The notes beneath the pieces are model-generated. The model had not been told where the DNA came from. It was given only the letters and a program-made list of their open reading frames with translations, and did no database searches. A DNA stretch of 64,000 bases from a bacterium (GTDB lineage: Bacteria > Patescibacteriota > Minisyncoccia > UBA6257 > JAUSGH01), in the NCBI GenBank assembly GCA_030649055.1, contig JAUSGH010000001.1, forward strand, positions 10,907 through 74,906, in the 5' to 3' direction. The position numbers were made by a program, and so were the translations under genes. Below are positions 18,193 to 29,810 of this stretch, one piece after another. How positions within the stretch are numbered: position 1 is the stretch's first letter; every line of letters starts with the position of its first letter.

Positions 18193-18786
18193 ATGGTCAT
18201 CAACTGGTACGGTGAAGGATGTTTCAAGGTTGCGAGCGGCCCGCTGACGCTGGTTTCCGATCCCTTTGAATCCGGTAACGGATTAACACCGCCGCGGTTT
18301 AAGACCGACTTGGTGTTGAAGACCGGCGGCTACGGCGCGTACGCGTCGGAAAAAGACGCGGAAGCACGGTTGGTTTCAGGCCCTGGCGAATACGAGGTGA
18401 AGGGGATTGAGGTTTCCGGCTACCCATCAGGGGTGGGCGCAGTATATATGGTACGCATGGAAGAAATGCGCCTTGTGTTTCTTGGTGGACTGTCAGCCGA
18501 ACTTACCGCCGACGTCCAGGAGCAGCTCATCGGCGCGCATATACTATTTGTTCCCGCGGGAGGTTCTCCGCAGCTGGAAGCGAAGGATGTCGCGACGCTC
18601 ATCAAAAAACTTGAGCCGAAAATCGTCATCGCGTCATTTTTCAGGATTCCGGAGTTAAAGCGCAAGGCCGAAGATTTGAAAGAGCTTGAAAAATCGATGG
18701 GGCAAAAATTTGAAATTGTTGATAAGCTGACCATCAAAGCGAAAGAAATCGGCGAGGGGTTGCGGCTCATTGCTATGAAGCTATAG
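18193..18786 (+). CDS. MBL-fold metallo-hydrolase-like protein (degenerate)
   Basis: INWYGEGCFK, DPF, SGPGEYEVKGI, LFVPAGG, LEPKIVI; HxHxDH motif absent. Confidence 0.8.
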   Translation: MVINWYGEGCFKVASGPLTLVSDPFESGNGLTPPRFKTDLVLKTGGYGAYASEKDAEARLVSGPGEYEVKGIEVSGYPSGVGAVYMVRMEEMRLVFLGGLSAELTADVQEQLIGAHILFVPAGGSPQLEAKDVATLIKKLEPKIVIASFFRIPELKRKAEDLKELEKSMGQKFEIVDKLTIKAKEIGEGLRLIAMKL

Positions 18787-18890
18787 CAATGAAATGTCTA
18801 ATTCCTAATAACTAATTTCTAATTACGGTAGCGCTTCGACGGGCTCAGCACATAAATATTTCCTGAGTGGAATCGAAGGAATACAATAAC

Positions 18891-19289
18891 ATGAGGCGTT
18901 GGATAGAAGACATAAGAAATTCCGATGAGGCGACAAAGCAGCGCTGGGTTATTGGGTTTACGGTTGCGACATCAAGCATCGTTGTGGCATTGTGGATGGG
19001 ATACGTTGCCTTGCAAGTTCCGGACATCACGCAACCGAAAGCGAGATTACTTGCGAACGCGGGAATAGCGGCGCGGACAATAACCGCCCCGCCTAAAACA
19101 GCGGGCGTCACGGAAACATTTACGGCGGGAGCGGGTGCCATCGCGGACGGCATCGGTTTGCGGTTGAGTCGCGGCATCGCGATGGTGAAAGGGATTCTTG
19201 GTCCCTCAAACACCATCGAGGTGCGCGGAGTAAAACAAGATTTTATACTGAAAGGCGTGGAAGCTGTGCCGGAGACGGAGTTTCCGTAA
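18891..19289 (+). CDS. Hypothetical single-TM protein
   Basis: MRRWIEDIRNSDEATKQRW followed by a hydrophobic helix. Confidence 0.7.
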   Translation: MRRWIEDIRNSDEATKQRWVIGFTVATSSIVVALWMGYVALQVPDITQPKARLLANAGIAARTITAPPKTAGVTETFTAGAGAIADGIGLRLSRGIAMVKGILGPSNTIEVRGVKQDFILKGVEAVPETEFP

Positions 19290-19385
19290 TGTCCGTAGTC
19301 GGACGTCCGAAGACCGGCAGCCGAGTCAGCCGCCTCGTCTTCGGTCAAGCGCAGCGATCGAACATCCGTCATCCAACTTAAACTC

Positions 19386-21809
19386 ATGGACAACGTAGAA
19401 AAACGAGAAATAACCCAGGAGCTTCGCGATTCGTATTTGGATTACGCGATGTCGGTCATTGTGTCGCGCGCGCTGCCGGATGTGCGCGACGGTTTGAAGC
19501 CCGTACAGCGGCGTATTTTGTACACCATGCACGAGCTGGGACTTACCTCCACCGCGAAGTTCAGAAAGTGCGCGAAAATCAGCGGCGACACGACCGGCAA
19601 CTACCACCCGCACGGCACGGTCGCGGTCTACGACGCCTTGGCGCGCATGGCGCAGGATTTTTCGCTGCGTTACCCGCTGATTATCGGCCAGGGAAATTTT
19701 GGATCGATCGACGGCGATCCGCCGGCGGCTGAACGTTACACTGAGGCGAAACTTTCCAAAATCGCGGACGAATTGCTTACCGATATTGATAAAGAAACCG
19801 TGGACTGGCAGCAAAACTATGACGGCGTGCGCATGGAGCCGAAATATTTTCCGGCGAGATTGCCGAACATGCTGTTAAACGGCGCCGTTGGTATTGCCGT
19901 CGGCATGGCAACCAACATCCCCCCGCACAATTTGACGGAAGTGGTGGACGCGACGCTGCACACGATTGATAATCCCGATGCCACCGCTGAAGACCTGATG
20001 AACTTTGTGAAAGGGCCGGATTTTCCGACGGGCGGAATTATTTACGACCGCAAAGCAATCACCGCCGCTTACATCGCCGGCCGGGGTGCCATGACCATCC
20101 GCGCGCTTGCGGAAGTAAAGGAGCGCAAAGGCGCGAAAGGCGAGCAGTACAACATTGAAATCACGGAGATTCCGTACCAGGTGAATAAATCCGAGCTTAT
20201 CGTAAAGATGGCGGAACTCGTGACTGAGAAAAAAATTGACGGTATCCGCGACATCCGCGACGAGTCCGACAAGGACGGTATGTCCATTATTGTTGAATTG
20301 AAAAACGACGTACCTCCGCAAAAGGTATTAAACCAGCTCTATCAATACACCGACCTGCAAAAAGATTTCCATTTGAACCTCTTGGCCTTAGCGGACGGCC
20401 TGCAACCGCGGGTCATGTCCATCAAGGACGTCATCGCGGCATACATTGCTCACCGGAAAAACATGGTGCGCCGCCGCGCGGAGTTTGATTTGCGGAAAGC
20501 CGAGGAGCGCGCGCATATTTTGACCGGTCTCGTGAAGGCGTTGGACGACATTGACGCGGTGATTAACACCATCAAGAAATCCGAAGATCGGAACGCCGCG
20601 CACGCGAACCTGATGAAAAAGTTTAAGTTTTCAGAGATTCAGGCGAACGCGATTTTGGAAATGCGTTTGCAGACGCTGGCCGCGTTGGAACGGGAAAAAC
20701 TTGATGCCGAACTGAAAGAAAAGAAAGCGCTTATCGCGGAACTGCAACTTCTCCTAAAAAGCGCGGCAAAAATTTTGGGCGTCATTAAAAAAGAATTGAC
20801 CGAGTTGAGGGAAAAATACGGCGACGAACGGCGCACGAAAGTGGTGGTCGGGGGACTCAAAGAATTCCGTCAGGAAGACCTCGTGCCGCAGGAAGACGTG
20901 GTGATTACGCTTTCTCATGGCGGCTACATCAAGCGCGTGCTGCCGGAGGCGTTTAAGAGCCAGCACCGCGGGGGCAAGGGACTCATCGGATCGGACGTTG
21001 CCGAGGAAGATTTCCTCCAGCATTTTATTTCCGCGAACACGCACGACAACATGCTCTTTTTCACGGATCGCGGAAGAGTATTTCAGACAAAAGCGTATGA
21101 AATTCCTGAGGGTTCGCGCACGTCAAAGGGAAAGTCCGTGCATAACTTTTTGGAAATTTCTCCGGAAGAAAAAATCAGCGCGGTCATCAGTTACACCAAC
21201 GACGACAAGGGCTACCTGGTAATGGCGACGAAAAACGGCATGGTCAAAAAGACCGCGCTTACTGATTTCGGCAATGTCCGCCGCACCGGCATCATCGCGA
21301 TTCGCCTCAAAAAAGGCGATGAGTTGAATTGGGTTATGCTTTCGTCGGGTGGTGATGAGTTGCTGATCACAACCGCGAATGGTCAGGGTATTCGTTTCAA
21401 AGAATCACAAACCCGGCCGATGAGCCGTACGGCAAGCGGCGTTCGCGGTATCCGCCTCAAGGGGAGCGACCACGTGAGCGGATTGGAAATTGTGAAGAAA
21501 GAAACAAAAGACGCGCGTCTCTTAACCGTCATGGCAAACGGCTATGGCAAGCAAACGGAGGTGAAGGAATATAAAACGCAGAATCGCGGAGGATCGGGTG
21601 TCCGCGCCGCGAAAATTACGGCAAAAACCGGACCGCTGATTTCCGCGCATCTTGTTTCAGACGAAACGGAACTTTTAGTACTTTCAGCAAAAGGACAAAT
21701 CATTCGCACGTCATTGGAAAGCGTCCGCCAAGCCGGCCGCGCCACGCAAGGCGTCCGGATTATGAGCTTGAACGCGGGAGATCATTTGATAGGAGTCATC
21801 TGCCTTTAG
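19386..21809 (+). CDS. gyrA: DNA gyrase subunit A
   Basis: [36 protein letters not shown], GyrA-box QHRGGKG. Confidence 0.98.
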   Translation: MDNVEKREITQELRDSYLDYAMSVIVSRALPDVRDGLKPVQRRILYTMHELGLTSTAKFRKCAKISGDTTGNYHPHGTVAVYDALARMAQDFSLRYPLIIGQGNFGSIDGDPPAAERYTEAKLSKIADELLTDIDKETVDWQQNYDGVRMEPKYFPARLPNMLLNGAVGIAVGMATNIPPHNLTEVVDATLHTIDNPDATAEDLMNFVKGPDFPTGGIIYDRKAITAAYIAGRGAMTIRALAEVKERKGAKGEQYNIEITEIPYQVNKSELIVKMAELVTEKKIDGIRDIRDESDKDGMSIIVELKNDVPPQKVLNQLYQYTDLQKDFHLNLLALADGLQPRVMSIKDVIAAYIAHRKNMVRRRAEFDLRKAEERAHILTGLVKALDDIDAVINTIKKSEDRNAAHANLMKKFKFSEIQANAILEMRLQTLAALEREKLDAELKEKKALIAELQLLLKSAAKILGVIKKELTELREKYGDERRTKVVVGGLKEFRQEDLVPQEDVVITLSHGGYIKRVLPEAFKSQHRGGKGLIGSDVAEEDFLQHFISANTHDNMLFFTDRGRVFQTKAYEIPEGSRTSKGKSVHNFLEISPEEKISAVISYTNDDKGYLVMATKNGMVKKTALTDFGNVRRTGIIAIRLKKGDELNWVMLSSGGDELLITTANGQGIRFKESQTRPMSRTASGVRGIRLKGSDHVSGLEIVKKETKDARLLTVMANGYGKQTEVKEYKTQNRGGSGVRAAKITAKTGPLISAHLVSDETELLVLSAKGQIIRTSLESVRQAGRATQGVRIMSLNAGDHLIGVICL

Positions 21810-21827
21810 TTGTGGTAATATTGTAGT

Positions 21828-23117
21828 ATGTCTCGTCGGCTTTTGATTACATTGGGAGTTTTGGCGCTCATCGTCGTCCTTTTTGTATTGGTGTTTACCG
21901 GAGTCATCCCCGGTCTCCGAAAGGACATCACCGCGAATAAAGTCGCGCTTTCCATGTGGGGCGTGTTTGACGCGCCGGATGCATTCAGCGCGGTAATAAA
22001 CGCGTATAAAGCGCAAGCGCCGAATGTGTCAATCGCGTACAAGCAATTTGCTCCGGAGGATTATGAGCGTGAACTGGTGAATGCGTTGGCGGCGGGGAAG
22101 GGGCCGGATATGTTCATGGCGCATAACACCTGGCTCCCGAAACACTATGACAAAATGCTTCCGCTGACCGGCGAATCGCTACCCATCGCGACATTTCGGA
22201 ATCTGTTCCCGCGTGTCGTGGAGCAGGACTTCGCGCCGGACGGCCTCATCTATGCCCTTCCTTTATATGTAGACTCTCTGGCGCTCTTCTATAATAAGGA
22301 CGCGTTTGATAACGCGGGCCGTGCCGTGCCGCCGAAAAATTGGGAACAAGTAAATGCCTTGATTCCCAAACTCCGCGCCATTGACCGGAGCGGAAAAATT
22401 ACGAAAGCCGCGGTTGCTATCGGCGGTTCGCCTAAGAGCATCAACCGCGCGACGGATCTGCTTTCGCTTATTATGATGCAGGGCGGCGCGCCGATGGTCT
22501 CCGAGGGTTTCGGCGGCGCGCAGTTTGCCGTGAAAGGGGCGGCTGGGTTGGATTTCTATACGCAGTTTGTTGATCCAAAAAGCCCGCTCTACACATGGAA
22601 TGACCAACTGCACTATTCACTGGACGCATTCGCGGAGGGGAGCGTGGCGATGATGTTTAACTATCAGTACAACATCGCCGCGTTGAAGCAGAAAAATCCG
22701 TTTTTGATGTTCGGCGTCGCCGGAATGCCGCAGCCACGCACCGCCGCGAATCGCGTTGATTACGCGAACTACTTTGGGCTTGCGGTTTCGGGACGTAGCC
22801 GCAACGCAGCCGCGGCGTGGGATTTCATCAAGTTTTTGACGACAAACGAAAATGTTTCCGCGGCGTATCTTCGGGCAAACGGCCATGCGCCGGCGCTTCG
22901 TGTGCTTATTGACGCGCAGAGCGATGAGTCCGACGCCGGCGTGTTCGCGAGGCAGGCATTGACCGCGCGGTCATATCCGCAAATTGACAATACCGAAGTG
23001 GAGCGCGTCATGGGCGAGTTGATTGAGAACGCCATTTACGGAAAACTTCCGAAGGACCGGGCTTTGCGGCAGGCAGAGGATGCGATAACGACGCTGATTA
23101 GGGAACGGGCGAAGTAA
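21828..23117 (+). CDS. Extracellular solute-binding protein (sugar ABC family 1-like)
   Basis: N-terminal anchor, LAAGKGPD, YALPLYVDSLALFYNKD, AWDFIKFLT. Confidence 0.88.
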   Translation: MSRRLLITLGVLALIVVLFVLVFTGVIPGLRKDITANKVALSMWGVFDAPDAFSAVINAYKAQAPNVSIAYKQFAPEDYERELVNALAAGKGPDMFMAHNTWLPKHYDKMLPLTGESLPIATFRNLFPRVVEQDFAPDGLIYALPLYVDSLALFYNKDAFDNAGRAVPPKNWEQVNALIPKLRAIDRSGKITKAAVAIGGSPKSINRATDLLSLIMMQGGAPMVSEGFGGAQFAVKGAAGLDFYTQFVDPKSPLYTWNDQLHYSLDAFAEGSVAMMFNYQYNIAALKQKNPFLMFGVAGMPQPRTAANRVDYANYFGLAVSGRSRNAAAAWDFIKFLTTNENVSAAYLRANGHAPALRVLIDAQSDESDAGVFARQALTARSYPQIDNTEVERVMGELIENAIYGKLPKDRALRQAEDAITTLIRERAK

Positions 23118-23123
23118 TCCCCT

Positions 23124-23191
23124 TGTCATTCTGAAGCCGATAGCCATCGGCTGAAGAATCTCAGAGATCCTTCGCTCCGCTCAGGATGACA
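23124..23191. repeat. REP-like palindrome TGTCATTCTGAAG...CAGGATGACA
   Basis: Terminal inverted repeat with internal GCCGATAGCCATCGGC hairpin, which is also at 16353-16368. Confidence 0.75.
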
Positions 23192-23195
23192 CAGC

Positions 23196-23738
23196 ATGCG
23201 TATATTTATGAAAAAATTTTTTATCACATCAAGCATCGCCTTTCTCGCAAACACGTCAATCGTGTCCGCTGCCGGAATCGTTCCGCAGTGCGAAGGCGTC
23301 ACCTGCTCCATCTGCGATCTCATTAAGCTCGCGCATAACGTGATTCAGTATGCTATTCAACTTTCGTTCGCGCTCGCCGTGGGAATGGTGGTGCTTGGTG
23401 GCTATTATCTGATTACCGCCGGCGGTTCGGAAGAAAAAGTGACGCAAGGGAGAAAAATTGTATGGTACGCGGTAGTGGGACTGGGCATCGTGCTCTCGGG
23501 TTGGGTGCTTATCAATACCATGTTTCAGATTCTCATTAAGTCGCCGTCACCGCGGCCATGGAATGATATTCCCGATGATTGCGGATTGCCCGGAGTAGTG
23601 AATACGATGTCGGCGCCGCCGGTGGTTGGGGCGTCCGGCGCGTTGGAGCCTCAGGGTCCATCGAGCGATCTCATGACTAACCCGAACGACGAAATCAATC
23701 AGCGTTTTCGCGCGCCCGGGGGCGGCGGGAGTTTGTAA
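23196..23738 (+). CDS. CPR-type pilin (VirB2/TrbC-like)
   Basis: Signal peptide, CxxxxCxxCD, GGYYLITAGGSEEKVTQGRK...AVVG. Confidence 0.8.
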   Translation: MRIFMKKFFITSSIAFLANTSIVSAAGIVPQCEGVTCSICDLIKLAHNVIQYAIQLSFALAVGMVVLGGYYLITAGGSEEKVTQGRKIVWYAVVGLGIVLSGWVLINTMFQILIKSPSPRPWNDIPDDCGLPGVVNTMSAPPVVGASGALEPQGPSSDLMTNPNDEINQRFRAPGGGGSL

Positions 23739-23792
23739 AGCCCGCACGCTTGCTTAACGGCGGCAGAACAATGTGTTAGGGTAAAATAAATC

Positions 23793-24227
23793 ATGCTTAA
23801 TCTTCTCGTCAAAACTGCGCACGCGATTACTATCGCTAACCCGTTGGGATACAATACGATTTCCGATCTTATTTGCGGCATCGCTGCCGCGTTGGCGGTG
23901 ATTGCCGGAGCTATAGCGGTGATTATGGTGCTCTACGGCGCGTTCCAGATTTTGACCGCCGGAGGAGAACCAAAAAAGTTCGAGGAAGGCAGGCACACCA
24001 TTATTTACGCCGCGATCGGTCTCGCGGTGGTACTTCTTGCGAGCGGCATTGTTTCGCTGGTAGGAAATATTTTAGGTGACGCCGGAATACAAACGGGAAT
24101 CTTCAGCTGCGGACGGGGCGCGCCGACACAAAATATCCCCGTTCCCATCGTTCCGGAACGTAATCCGTTGTGGGGTAATGACTTCCCAATACCGTCATTA
24201 GATGAGCGTTCTACATTGCGTTTATAA
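23793..24227 (+). CDS. CPR-type pilin (VirB2/TrbC-like)
   Basis: IANPLG, YGAFQILTAGGEPKKFEEGRHTIIYAAIG. Confidence 0.82.
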   Translation: MLNLLVKTAHAITIANPLGYNTISDLICGIAAALAVIAGAIAVIMVLYGAFQILTAGGEPKKFEEGRHTIIYAAIGLAVVLLASGIVSLVGNILGDAGIQTGIFSCGRGAPTQNIPVPIVPERNPLWGNDFPIPSLDERSTLRL

Positions 24228-24322
24228 CGCATCCCGGGCACTTTCGCTGTTTTTTAGAAACGGATATGTTATATTGAAACCATAGCATTTTACCGAAAGG
24301 TCGATTATTCACAACATTCAAC

Positions 24323-24694
24323 ATGAAAAATACATTAAATAAATTGGCTGTCGCGGGGGTGGTGGTGATGGCGCTTGCTCCGCTCGCGAGCTTCGCGATT
24401 GTCGGCGTCAACCCGACGCTCCCGTCGGCTGATCTCACTCTCGGAAAGGTAACGACTCTCATTGGCACGATTGCCAACTGGATATTCGCCATTTTCCTTG
24501 CCGTCGCGGTGGTGTACATTCTCTACGCGGCGTATTTGTACTTGAAAGGAGAAGAGGCGGAAATTGAAGAGGCGAAAAAGCGTCTTATCGCGGCAGCGAT
24601 TGCCATCGCAATCGCGTTACTCGCAAAAGGTATTCAACCGTTGGTGGAGAACTTGCTCGGAAGCCAAGGGCAAGGAGGCGCAGGAATCCTTTAG
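24323..24694 (+). CDS. CPR-type pilin (VirB2/TrbC-like)
   Basis: Signal peptide, two TM helices around YAAYLYL...EEAKKRLIAAAIA. Confidence 0.78.
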   Translation: MKNTLNKLAVAGVVVMALAPLASFAIVGVNPTLPSADLTLGKVTTLIGTIANWIFAIFLAVAVVYILYAAYLYLKGEEAEIEEAKKRLIAAAIAIAIALLAKGIQPLVENLLGSQGQGGAGIL

Positions 24695-24707
24695 TAGCAA
24701 GTGTTGC

Positions 24708-24751
24708 AAATCAAAAACTCCCTTGATGTTCATCGGGGGAGTTTTTGATTT
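24708..24751. terminator. Intrinsic terminator
   Basis: AAATCAAAAACTCCCTTGATG / CATCGGGGGAGTTTTTGATTT. Confidence 0.75.
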
Positions 24752-24785
24752 TAGTGATATTATGTTATGATGGCGGGGAAAGCAT

Positions 24786-24871
24786 GCCCTCGTGGTGCAA
24801 CTGGCAGACACGCAGCGCTTAGGACGCTGTCCCCTAAAGGGTTGGAGGTTCAAATCCTCCCGAGGGCACCA
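24786..24871 (+). tRNA. tRNA-Leu(TAG)
   Basis: Cloverleaf GCCCTCG/CGAGGGC, CAGCG-CT-TAG-GA-CGCTG, long variable arm, encoded CCA. Confidence 0.96.
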
Positions 24872-24895
24872 ATAAACCAAGAACACGTTCGTTAT

Positions 24896-26668
24896 ATGAA
24901 CATCCCATTGATTTATCTTTTTAGAAAAATGTGGCGATACGCCGAAGATAACCGGCGCAACGTGGTGTTGTATATCTCCATGTTTGTGCTGGCGAATCTT
25001 ATAAGCGCTCTTGAACCGCTTATCGTCGGCGTATTTCTGAATGCCGTTCAGTCGGAGGGAGTGCGCGCGGAGAATGTCCCACACCTTTTTCTTCTCCTTT
25101 GCTTGCTCCCGCTTCTTGAAGTAACATTCTGGTCTTTGCACGGACCGGCGAGAACGATTGAGAATAGGAACGCCTTCATTGTTCGCGCGAATTATAAAAA
25201 CTATCTTTTGCGCGGCGTCATCGCTCTGCCCATTGAGTGGCATACCGACCATCATTCCGGAGATACGATTGATAAGATTGATAAAGGAACTGAGGCGCTA
25301 TTCGGTTTTTCAGAACGGACGTTTGAAGTGCTGCAAACGATTATTATGTTAATCGTTTCGTTTGGCGTGCTGTTCTTCTACGACCGCGTCGCGGGAATTG
25401 TGGCGCTCACGATTAGTGCGCTGACGTTTTATATCATTGCACTTTTTGACAGGAAACTTGTGCCGGGATACAAACGCGTGAACCGTATGGGGAACACTAT
25501 TTCCGAGAAAGTTTTTGATGTCTTGAGTAACGTGACGACCGTGATTATCCTTCGCGTCGAATCGCTTGTCCTCGCATCCATCGACACATTCATCCGGAAA
25601 CCGTTCGCGCAGTATAATATCAACAGCAAATTGAACGAATGGAAATGGTTTTCCGCGGCATTCCTCGGGCGGATGGCGGTTGTTGTAGTGGTCGGTCTGT
25701 ATCTCTTTTCGCGTCTCGGGACGGGGAGCATTCTTATCGGCACGATTTACATTCTCTATGGTTATGCAAATCAGATACGCGAGGCATTCTTCAAATTTTC
25801 ATTTCTCTATAACGACATTGTCCGTTATCGGACATCGGTCAGTAACGCCGAAGAGCTTTCGGAAAATTTTCGCGACGCCGGCGTGTCCGCGGGAAGACAA
25901 CTTCCTGGAGAATGGTCGGTTATCGCGGTCGACGGATTATCGTTCTCATACCATGCGGAAGATGGCGCAACCCTTCACTTGGATAACGTCTCCTTGAGTG
26001 TGCGCAAGGGAGAACGCATTGCGTTTATCGGTGAAAGCGGCGGAGGAAAAAGTACGTTCCTCAAGGTCATGCGCGACCTTTACCACCCGAGGACGCTTGC
26101 GCTAACGGTGGATGGAACACCGATGCCCGAAGGGTTTCTCGCGATTAGCGACTCAATCTCCCTTATTCCGCAAGATCCGGAAATATTCGCAACCACCATA
26201 CGGGAAAATATTACGTTGGGCGTTGATTACACGGATGAACACGTCGGCGCGTTCACCGACATGGCCGCATTTACTGACGTGGTCAGGCGTCTTCCGAAAG
26301 GGCTGGAGTCGTCAATCGTGGAGAAGGGGGTGAACTTGTCCGGAGGTGAGAAACAGCGCCTTGCACTGACGCGCGGACTTTTGGCGTCCGTTGACAAAGA
26401 TATTGTGCTGCTGGATGAACCGACGAGCAGCGTTGATTTTCATAATGAGCTCCAAATCTACGAGAACATATTTAGCGCGTTCCCAAATAAAACGATTATT
26501 TCCTCCGTGCATCGCCTGCATTTGCTGTCGCTTTTCAACTCCGTCTACTTTTTGCGGGACGGAAAAATCATCGCTGCGGGTTCATTTGAGGAGCTGAAAA
26601 AATCATCGCTCGAGTTTCAGGAGTTGTGGGAACAATACATCCGTACGAGAGATGCCTCGGTGTTGTAG
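24896..26668 (+). CDS. ABC exporter, fused permease/ATPase
   Basis: TM domain, GESGGGKS, LSGGEKQR, LLDEPT; start moved to 24896 so it does not overlap the tRNA. Confidence 0.95.
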   Translation: MNIPLIYLFRKMWRYAEDNRRNVVLYISMFVLANLISALEPLIVGVFLNAVQSEGVRAENVPHLFLLLCLLPLLEVTFWSLHGPARTIENRNAFIVRANYKNYLLRGVIALPIEWHTDHHSGDTIDKIDKGTEALFGFSERTFEVLQTIIMLIVSFGVLFFYDRVAGIVALTISALTFYIIALFDRKLVPGYKRVNRMGNTISEKVFDVLSNVTTVIILRVESLVLASIDTFIRKPFAQYNINSKLNEWKWFSAAFLGRMAVVVVVGLYLFSRLGTGSILIGTIYILYGYANQIREAFFKFSFLYNDIVRYRTSVSNAEELSENFRDAGVSAGRQLPGEWSVIAVDGLSFSYHAEDGATLHLDNVSLSVRKGERIAFIGESGGGKSTFLKVMRDLYHPRTLALTVDGTPMPEGFLAISDSISLIPQDPEIFATTIRENITLGVDYTDEHVGAFTDMAAFTDVVRRLPKGLESSIVEKGVNLSGGEKQRLALTRGLLASVDKDIVLLDEPTSSVDFHNELQIYENIFSAFPNKTIISSVHRLHLLSLFNSVYFLRDGKIIAAGSFEELKKSSLEFQELWEQYIRTRDASVL

Positions 26669-26673
26669 GCGCC

Positions 26674-27582
26674 TTATCTCCGTCTTCCGTGAAAACTTTT
26701 ATGAATTTCTTTCAGTTCTTTGTTGGTGAGGTGGGTATACACTTGCGTCGTTGAAACATTGCTGTGTCCGAGGAGTTCCTGCACCGAGCGGAGATCCGCG
26801 CCGTTCACGAGGAGGTCGGTGGCAAAAAGATGGCGCAAGCCATGCGGAGTGAGTCGCTTCCCGACAATGCCGGCTTTCTTGCCATAGTAATGAATAAGCC
26901 GCTGCACGGTGCGCGGAATGATGCGCCCCAACACCTTCGGCTGCTTCGCTTTGCTCATGCTGACAAACAGCGCTTCGTCGGCATCACCGCGCCCGGCGAG
27001 ATATGTGTCAACGGCTTTCCTTGCGCGGTCGGAGATAAACACTACGCGTAGCTTGTCTCCTTTGCCGCGCACGGTGATTTCACCTTGCTTGAAGTTAAGG
27101 TAGCGGCTTAATTTGCAAAGTTCCGAAACGCGCAGTCCCGTGGAGAAAAGCATTTCAAGAATTGCGCGATCGCGGAGCGCGCGGAGATCGGTGCCCGAAG
27201 GCGCGGCAAGCAGGCGTTCCAGTTCGGCATATTCAATAATTTCAATTTGCCGGTCGCCGAGCTTTGGGAGTTCTATTTTTTCGGGAGAGGGAACAACGTA
27301 ATCCTGCTTCGCGAGATATTTCAGAAAATTGCGGATAGCGATGACGTAGTAGCTTTGGGTGCTTTTCTTGAGCGGCTCGCCGGATGGGGCGCTGGTGCGG
27401 GCGAGCGCGAGGCGAAAATCCTTTATTTTATCAAGGGTGAAATTACGCAACGTCGTGACGCCGGACTGCTTGATGAAATGACGCAAATAGCGCTCGTAAT
27501 TCTCGCGCGTTTTTGGCGAGCGGTTTTTCTCAACTTCAAGGTAGTCCAGATATTCTTTTAAAAGTTTTTCAATCTCGATCAT
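26674..27582 (-). CDS. XerC/XerD-type tyrosine recombinase
   Basis: TGLRVSEL, GKGDK, HGLRH, ADLRSVQELLGH, TTQVYTH; start at MIEIEK. Confidence 0.95.
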   Translation of the reverse strand: MIEIEKLLKEYLDYLEVEKNRSPKTRENYERYLRHFIKQSGVTTLRNFTLDKIKDFRLALARTSAPSGEPLKKSTQSYYVIAIRNFLKYLAKQDYVVPSPEKIELPKLGDRQIEIIEYAELERLLAAPSGTDLRALRDRAILEMLFSTGLRVSELCKLSRYLNFKQGEITVRGKGDKLRVVFISDRARKAVDTYLAGRGDADEALFVSMSKAKQPKVLGRIIPRTVQRLIHYYGKKAGIVGKRLTPHGLRHLFATDLLVNGADLRSVQELLGHSNVSTTQVYTHLTNKELKEIHKSFHGRRR

Positions 27583-27790
27583 TATCTTCAGTATACATTG
27601 TGCGACACATGGGGAACATGTATTGAGTATCGAGTATTGAGAAGTGAGTATGGGATGCATACGCTCAGCATTTGTTTGGCATACTGTCTTCTCTATACTC
27701 AATACAGCATACTTCGCAAAGTTGCATCTTTTTGCGTATCGCGTATAATTTACGGAATACCGCAAGCACGTTGTATAATGAAGTCATCGT

Positions 27791-29626
27791 ATGAATTCAC
27801 TCTATAAAAACATCTTCTGGTCCATTACCACCCTCTTGACGGTCGCGATCGTTTTTTCGCTTTTCGCGGAAACAGGAAAAAAGTCGGACGCGTGGAGTAT
27901 GGATCAGCTTGTGGCGAAGCTCAACGCCGGCGCGGTGGAGAAGGTGACCGTGAACGGGCAAGATATTGCTGTTGATTTAAAAGACGGAGGCAAAGCGACG
28001 GCGCGCAAAGAAGATGAAGCGGGACTCACGGAAACACTCAAGAACTTCGGGCTTGATCCGCGCTCACTCCAGGGTGTGTCGTTCGCGGTGCAGGAAGAAT
28101 CCGGCACGCGTTTTTGGCTGGGCATTTTGATCCCGACACTCCTCCCCGTCATCATTATCGCGTTTATTTTTTGGTATATGTTCCGCCAGGCGAAAGGGGG
28201 AGCAAGCCAGGCGTTCACCTTCGGGCGCGCGAATTTGCGGTTATCTTCGCCGTTCAAAAATCGCGTGACGTTTAAGGATGTCGCGGGTTTGAAAGAGGCA
28301 AAGCAGGAGCTGGAGGAAGTCGTGGATTTTTTGAAGAATCCGAAAAAGTTTTTGGATATTGGCGCGCGGATTCCGAGAGGAGTCTTGCTTATGGGCCCTC
28401 CAGGCACAGGAAAAACGTTGCTTGCGCGCGCGGTGAGCGGCGAGGCTGGTGTGCCGTTCTTTCATATTTCCGCCTCGGAATTTGTGGAGATGTTTGTTGG
28501 CGTAGGCGCCGCGCGTACGCGTGACGCGTTTGAAACGGCGAAAAAAGCCGCGCCGTCCATTTTGTTTATTGATGAAATTGATGCCATTGGGCGCGAACGC
28601 GGCGCGGGCGTGGGCGGAGGGCACGACGAGCGCGAGCAGACACTCAATCAGATTCTTGTGGAAATGGACGGTTTTGACCGAGACACAAAAGTCATTGTGC
28701 TTGCGGCAACCAACCGGCCTGACGTGCTGGACTCGGCCCTGCTTCGTCCGGGTAGATTTGACCGGCGCGTGGTGCTGGACTTGCCGGACATCGCCGACCG
28801 CGAACAGATTTTGAAAATCCATTCAAATAACAAGCCGATGGATCGCATGGTGGATTTGCGGAAAATCGCCGTCCGCACGCCGGGATTTTCGGGGGCGGAC
28901 CTCGCGAACTTGGTGAACGAAGCCGCGATTTCCACGGCACGGAAAAATAAGCGCATCATCGGGCAGGACGAACTGTATAATTCCATTGAAAAAGTGATGC
29001 TGGGGCCTGAACGGCGTGGGCGAGTTATTTCTGCAAAAGAAAAAGAGATTACGGCATATCACGAAGCGGGTCATGCCCTTGTCGCCGCGAGTTTGAAAGA
29101 TTCCGACCCGGTGCATAAAGTGTCTGTCGTGAGCCGCGGGAATGCCGGCGGATATACATTGAAGTTGCCGTTGGAGGAAGTGCATTTGCGCACGAGGACT
29201 CAGTTTTTGACGGATATCGCGATGATGATGGGAGGTTATGCCGCCGAGGAACTGATGTTCGGCGAGATGTCCACCGGCGCATCTAGTGACCTGCGGCAGG
29301 CGTCGGAACTCGCGCGGCGGCTCGTGATGCAGTATGGCATGAGCGAAAAGCTCGGGCCACAGACCTTCGGAGATATGCAGGAGCTGATATTCTTGGGACG
29401 TGAAATCTCTTCCACGAAAAATTATTCCGAAGCCGTCGCGGAAAAAATCGACGATGAGGTGAGCGCGTTTATTTCGCGCGCGTATAAATCCGCGCAAAAG
29501 ATTCTCTCCTCGCGCCGGAAAGTGCTGGAAGCAATCGCGAAGCGGCTGTTGGAAAAGGAAATTTTGGAACAGGAGGATTTCTACGCATTGCTTAAGCCTT
29601 TTAACTTGAAGCCGGTGACGGTGTAG
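27791..29626 (+). CDS. ftsH: ATP-dependent zinc metalloprotease FtsH
   Basis: [28 protein letters not shown]. Confidence 0.98.
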   Translation: MNSLYKNIFWSITTLLTVAIVFSLFAETGKKSDAWSMDQLVAKLNAGAVEKVTVNGQDIAVDLKDGGKATARKEDEAGLTETLKNFGLDPRSLQGVSFAVQEESGTRFWLGILIPTLLPVIIIAFIFWYMFRQAKGGASQAFTFGRANLRLSSPFKNRVTFKDVAGLKEAKQELEEVVDFLKNPKKFLDIGARIPRGVLLMGPPGTGKTLLARAVSGEAGVPFFHISASEFVEMFVGVGAARTRDAFETAKKAAPSILFIDEIDAIGRERGAGVGGGHDEREQTLNQILVEMDGFDRDTKVIVLAATNRPDVLDSALLRPGRFDRRVVLDLPDIADREQILKIHSNNKPMDRMVDLRKIAVRTPGFSGADLANLVNEAAISTARKNKRIIGQDELYNSIEKVMLGPERRGRVISAKEKEITAYHEAGHALVAASLKDSDPVHKVSVVSRGNAGGYTLKLPLEEVHLRTRTQFLTDIAMMMGGYAAEELMFGEMSTGASSDLRQASELARRLVMQYGMSEKLGPQTFGDMQELIFLGREISSTKNYSEAVAEKIDDEVSAFISRAYKSAQKILSSRRKVLEAIAKRLLEKEILEQEDFYALLKPFNLKPVTV

Positions 29627-29635
29627 TGCGCGTTT

Positions 29636-29722
29636 TGTCATTCCGGACCTGATCCGGAATCCAGCTCGCTAGGCTCTGGATTCCCGCTGGAGTTTATCCG
29701 CCTTTGGCGGGCGGGAATGACA
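29636..29722. repeat. REP-like palindrome TGTCATTCC...GGAATGACA
   Basis: Near-identical reverse complement of 37481-37566. Confidence 0.85.
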
Positions 29723-29810
29723 CATAATCGATGGCTCGCTTGTTTTCCGCAACGCATTGCGTTACTTTTGATATGGTTCTTCTCGGGTGGTTTTTGTACG
29801 GAGGTAACCC

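Noticed and set aside
24767-24895. N-terminal extension of the ABC transporter ORF
   Set aside because: It overlaps tRNA-Leu; the real start is probably 24896
24786-27582. Integrative island (tRNA-Leu + ABC exporter + tyrosine recombinase)
   Set aside because: No duplication of the tRNA-Leu 3' end, and the recombinase looks like housekeeping XerC/D
27725-27765. dif site next to the xer gene
   Set aside because: CGTATAAT resembles one arm only; no TTATGTTAAA XerD arm
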